Positions 53,430 to 55,873 of a stretch of DNA of 55,873 bases are shown here, in pieces. Each line of letters begins with the position of its first letter. Position 1 is the first letter of the stretch. The notes under the pieces were generated by a model. The model was not told the DNA's origin and searched no databases. It saw only the letters and a list, made by a program, of their open reading frames with translations. Origin of the DNA: a virus (lineage: Duplodnaviria; Caudoviricetes); IMG/VR virus record IMGVR_UViG_3300025128_000048, positions 1 through 55,873 of that record; one strand, 5' to 3'. The translations under genes were made by a program, and so were the position numbers.

Positions 53430-53620
53430 GTACCAATAGCCCCTACTATTCCACAGCTATATTCAACAGTTTTCCAATCACCATCTCTTGGTATTGATTC
53501 GTGTATGGCTTTATACTCTAAACACTCGGGTTCATTTTCAAACCACTGGATAGTTTGATTAAAACATTGACCATCTGCAAAACAAACATTTAACACCAAC
53601 GCCCAGATTATGTGTGTCAT
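53426..53620 (-). CDS. Small Cys-containing protein with hydrophobic N-terminus
   Basis: ATGA coupling. Confidence 0.65.
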   Translation of the reverse strand: MTHIIWALVLNVCFADGQCFNQTIQWFENEPECLEYKAIHESIPRDGDWKTVEYSCGIVGAIGT

Positions 53621-53868
53621 TTAGAACGACTTTCTCTGTCCAGTCGTTTTGCTTGGGTTTGATGTGCATTACCCTCGTGGCTCATCCATACCGCAAATGC
53701 ACCTGTCATGGCCCCCGTGACTACACTCACCAGTGCCGCTTGTTGACTTGTTGGATCTTCCAGTGTCATAAACCATTCTACTACTCTCCATGCTGACACT
53801 GACATCATTAGCATCATTAGTCGTGGTAGTAACTTCCACGCCAACACTCTTTCCATTACGCCTGTCAC
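53617..53868 (-). CDS. Two-TM membrane protein (holin/antiholin candidate)
   Basis: LPRLMM...WFMTL.DPT..QAALVS; located in the lysis cluster. Confidence 0.6.
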   Translation of the reverse strand: MTGVMERVLAWKLLPRLMMLMMSVSAWRVVEWFMTLEDPTSQQAALVSVVTGAMTGAFAVWMSHEGNAHQTQAKRLDRESRSK

Positions 53869-53928
53869 GGTTTCTCCTTGCCTGTTCTTCTGTGGTTCGG
53901 TTGGACATACTCCACATCTGCACTAGGA

Positions 53929-54312
53929 CTACCTCTTACCAAAGAATTTTGTAGCACTGCGTACACCAAAGCTGGCAGCAACAATAACACCAAGGCTGTA
54001 TTGATACCACTCAGGCATTTTGTTGAGTTGTTCAAATCCATTCTGCACTATACCTTCCATACCGGGGATGAACGCCAGTATTAACGGTATACTAAATAAA
54101 ACGACTAGCCACTCATCCTTCCAACTTGATGCCGAAGAACGAGCCATTTCAATGTCCCAATCAATTTCGCCAGTGGCTTTCTTTTCCATGATAGCCGCTT
54201 CAGCTTTAGCTCTTGCGACATTAGCATTTGCTTTCGCCTTTGTTTGCTCAACTTTGCCATCCATCCAACTCCCTGCAATATTTGCAATCGGACCTATAAG
54301 TGCTGTCCACAT
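53929..54312 (-). CDS. Holin-like protein (3TM, GTA-holin-like)
   Basis: SWKDEW; TM segments; ASFGVRS. Confidence 0.65.
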   Translation of the reverse strand: MWTALIGPIANIAGSWMDGKVEQTKAKANANVARAKAEAAIMEKKATGEIDWDIEMARSSASSWKDEWLVVLFSIPLILAFIPGMEGIVQNGFEQLNKMPEWYQYSLGVIVAASFGVRSATKFFGKR

Positions 54313-54566
54313 TAGCTTCCTACTCCCCGTCTGAACTGCGCCGTTTTCTTTTGTATTTTTTTAGGCTGCTTGACGAATTGCTTACCAGCACGAGTTCCTG
54401 CTCTTTTAGCACGGGTGGTAGCGGCGTATTCAGATGGCGATAACGCCTTGATAGCAGCGGTTGGTAAGTAACGCTCACCTGTCTCTGAAGACTTTTTACC
54501 ACTCTTGGTTCTCCACTTTTGTTTAGTCCAAGACTTTAAACTCTTTTGTGATTTTGCTAGTGTCAT
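54312..54566 (-). CDS. Small basic protein, C-terminal half of a DUF5872-like family
   Basis: QKSLKSWTKQKWRTKSG...ERYLP..AIKALS..EYAATTRAKR. Confidence 0.7.
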   Translation of the reverse strand: MTLAKSQKSLKSWTKQKWRTKSGKKSSETGERYLPTAAIKALSPSEYAATTRAKRAGTRAGKQFVKQPKKIQKKTAQFRRGVGS

Positions 54567-54586
54567 GTTTAAGTTATACCATCATA

Positions 54587-55060
54587 TTACATAATTGTCA
54601 AGAGAAAAATTAAAAAACCCACACCAAGGGCTACTATTAAGCCAACGCCAGCAGCAAGTTTCATACTATCTATCATTTCTTGCTGACGTAGTCTTGCCTC
54701 TCGTCTAGCTTTAGCTGCCGCTTCTTTTGCCTCTTTAATACGCTTTGCTCTTAAATCTACTATACTTTGCCACGTACCCGGACCAAATCTCATATCAATC
54801 AACGTGCGCATCTCTTGTATTTTTTCTTGCGCTATACGTGCATCTATAACTTCTTGGGCTACTGACTCTATTCCAAACTGGTCCCCAATACTGGCTCCAG
54901 ATTTCTTAGCCCTTTGTTGTTGTACTTGCTTTTCACCCTCAAGTAGATTATCTACATACTTTGCTATATCGCCTATATCGTTGGCGGTATTAATGGTAGA
55001 CTTAATACCATCTACGGCACTCTTCACCAGTGCGATACCCGCAAGGGTTTCTGCAATCAT
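54587..55060 (-). CDS. Coiled-coil protein with C-terminal TM anchor
   Basis: RFGPGTWQ motif; 5' part repeated at 1-116. Confidence 0.75.
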   Translation of the reverse strand: MIAETLAGIALVKSAVDGIKSTINTANDIGDIAKYVDNLLEGEKQVQQQRAKKSGASIGDQFGIESVAQEVIDARIAQEKIQEMRTLIDMRFGPGTWQSIVDLRAKRIKEAKEAAAKARREARLRQQEMIDSMKLAAGVGLIVALGVGFLIFLLTIM

Positions 55061-55094
55061 CTCTGTTCCTCATTGGTTGGTTGATAGTCATTGT

Positions 55095-55873
55095 TTACGC
55101 TGCCAGTGCAGGATTACTAGCATCTACCTGCATCCACTTAGACCACTCTGCATAATAGTGGCGCATACCTACTTCATCATGGATTGTGCTATTCTCATGT
55201 CTTCCATGCAAGATGTTACGGGGTTCTGTACCTTCTCGCATTGTTGTGCCTTGACCTGCGACACCAATCAGGTCTTCATGTAAGTTTCTACCAAACGGTC
55301 CCCATATGGAGTTATGATGTTTGATACGAGTGTTACGCTCTTCAGGCGTATCCTTTTTAAGACCATATCCACGAAATTCAATAAGAACTTTGTTTGGCCC
55401 AAGAGGTGTAACGCTATCGCTTCTATAAGCACTACCCCGCAGATTAAAATTAAATCCGGGGAATAGGTCCACCATGTACCATTGGTTGGGTGGGAGATTA
55501 GGGAAACTAAGCTCTCCTCTATCCTCAAAGCCATCGTACTCCTCGTAGTTGACTGTGAAGCTGCTGACATTAACATGTCCGTTATCAAATGGTATGTTTT
55601 TTCTAGCAAAATACTCATCATTAAATCCTGACACACGATTAAAGTAATGCATAAAGTCGTGGTAGAACTCGCTGTTGGTATCGTGCCACAGTTTGTAGTT
55701 TGTATCTATTACGGCTTTGTGATAGTGGAATACTTCCATTTCTTCTGCATCTATTGCATCTGCTATGCAATCAAATGCACCCGCTGTCCACTGGTCTACA
55801 CTTTGAGTTGGGTTAGGGTCTAGTGTAACCCATACCATGCCGCCGTGCTTAACTTCACTGTGCAAAGGTTTTT
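55095..55873 (-). CDS. msmA: Second, 5'-truncated msmA allele running off the window edge
   Basis: Protein nearly identical to the C-terminal 256 aa of 152-1234, with many synonymous differences. Confidence 0.75.
   Translation of the reverse strand, partial: KPLHSEVKHGGMVWVTLDPNPTQSVDQWTAGAFDCIADAIDAEEMEVFHYHKAVIDTNYKLWHDTNSEFYHDFMHYFNRVSGFNDEYFARKNIPFDNGHVNVSSFTVNYEEYDGFEDRGELSFPNLPPNQWYMVDLFPGFNFNLRGSAYRSDSVTPLGPNKVLIEFRGYGLKKDTPEERNTRIKHHNSIWGPFGRNLHEDLIGVAGQGTTMREGTEPRNILHGRHENSTIHDEVGMRHYYAEWSKWMQVDASNPALAA

Overview
Apparently complete (~54.9 kb, circularly overlapping) genome of a marine HMO-2011-type podovirus, probably infecting SAR116 or Roseobacter-group Alphaproteobacteria. The assignment rests on a family A DNA polymerase with an inserted DnaJ-type zinc finger, a tyrosine integrase, class II RNR, MazG, an MsmA-like oxygenase and no recognisable RNA polymerase. 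The + strand (about 5.0-24.0 kb) carries early and replication genes. The - strand carries packaging, capsid, tail, ejection, lysis and small basic proteins, reading from 4.3 kb through the circular junction down to 24.1 kb. Bases 1-127 are identical to 54945-55071; beyond that the right end holds a diverged second msmA allele, probably an assembly bubble. Best leads: (1) two putative ejection proteins end in different Cys-initiated modules, a Hint domain lacking the terminal Asn and a CFI-box-CTERM-like domain; (2) a recurrent [MFL]xxGG tag plus a candidate partner domain; (3) structured leaders of the scaffold and capsid genes share a G-[YGGCYA]-C hexaloop; (4) GGA hairpins with covarying stems over early RBSs, and a four-copy palindromic box; (5) a 32-nt piece of one gene copied into another between 5-bp direct repeats; (6) an MsmA without Rieske ligands but under apparent purifying selection. 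All family assignments come from motif recognition by eye, not database searches.
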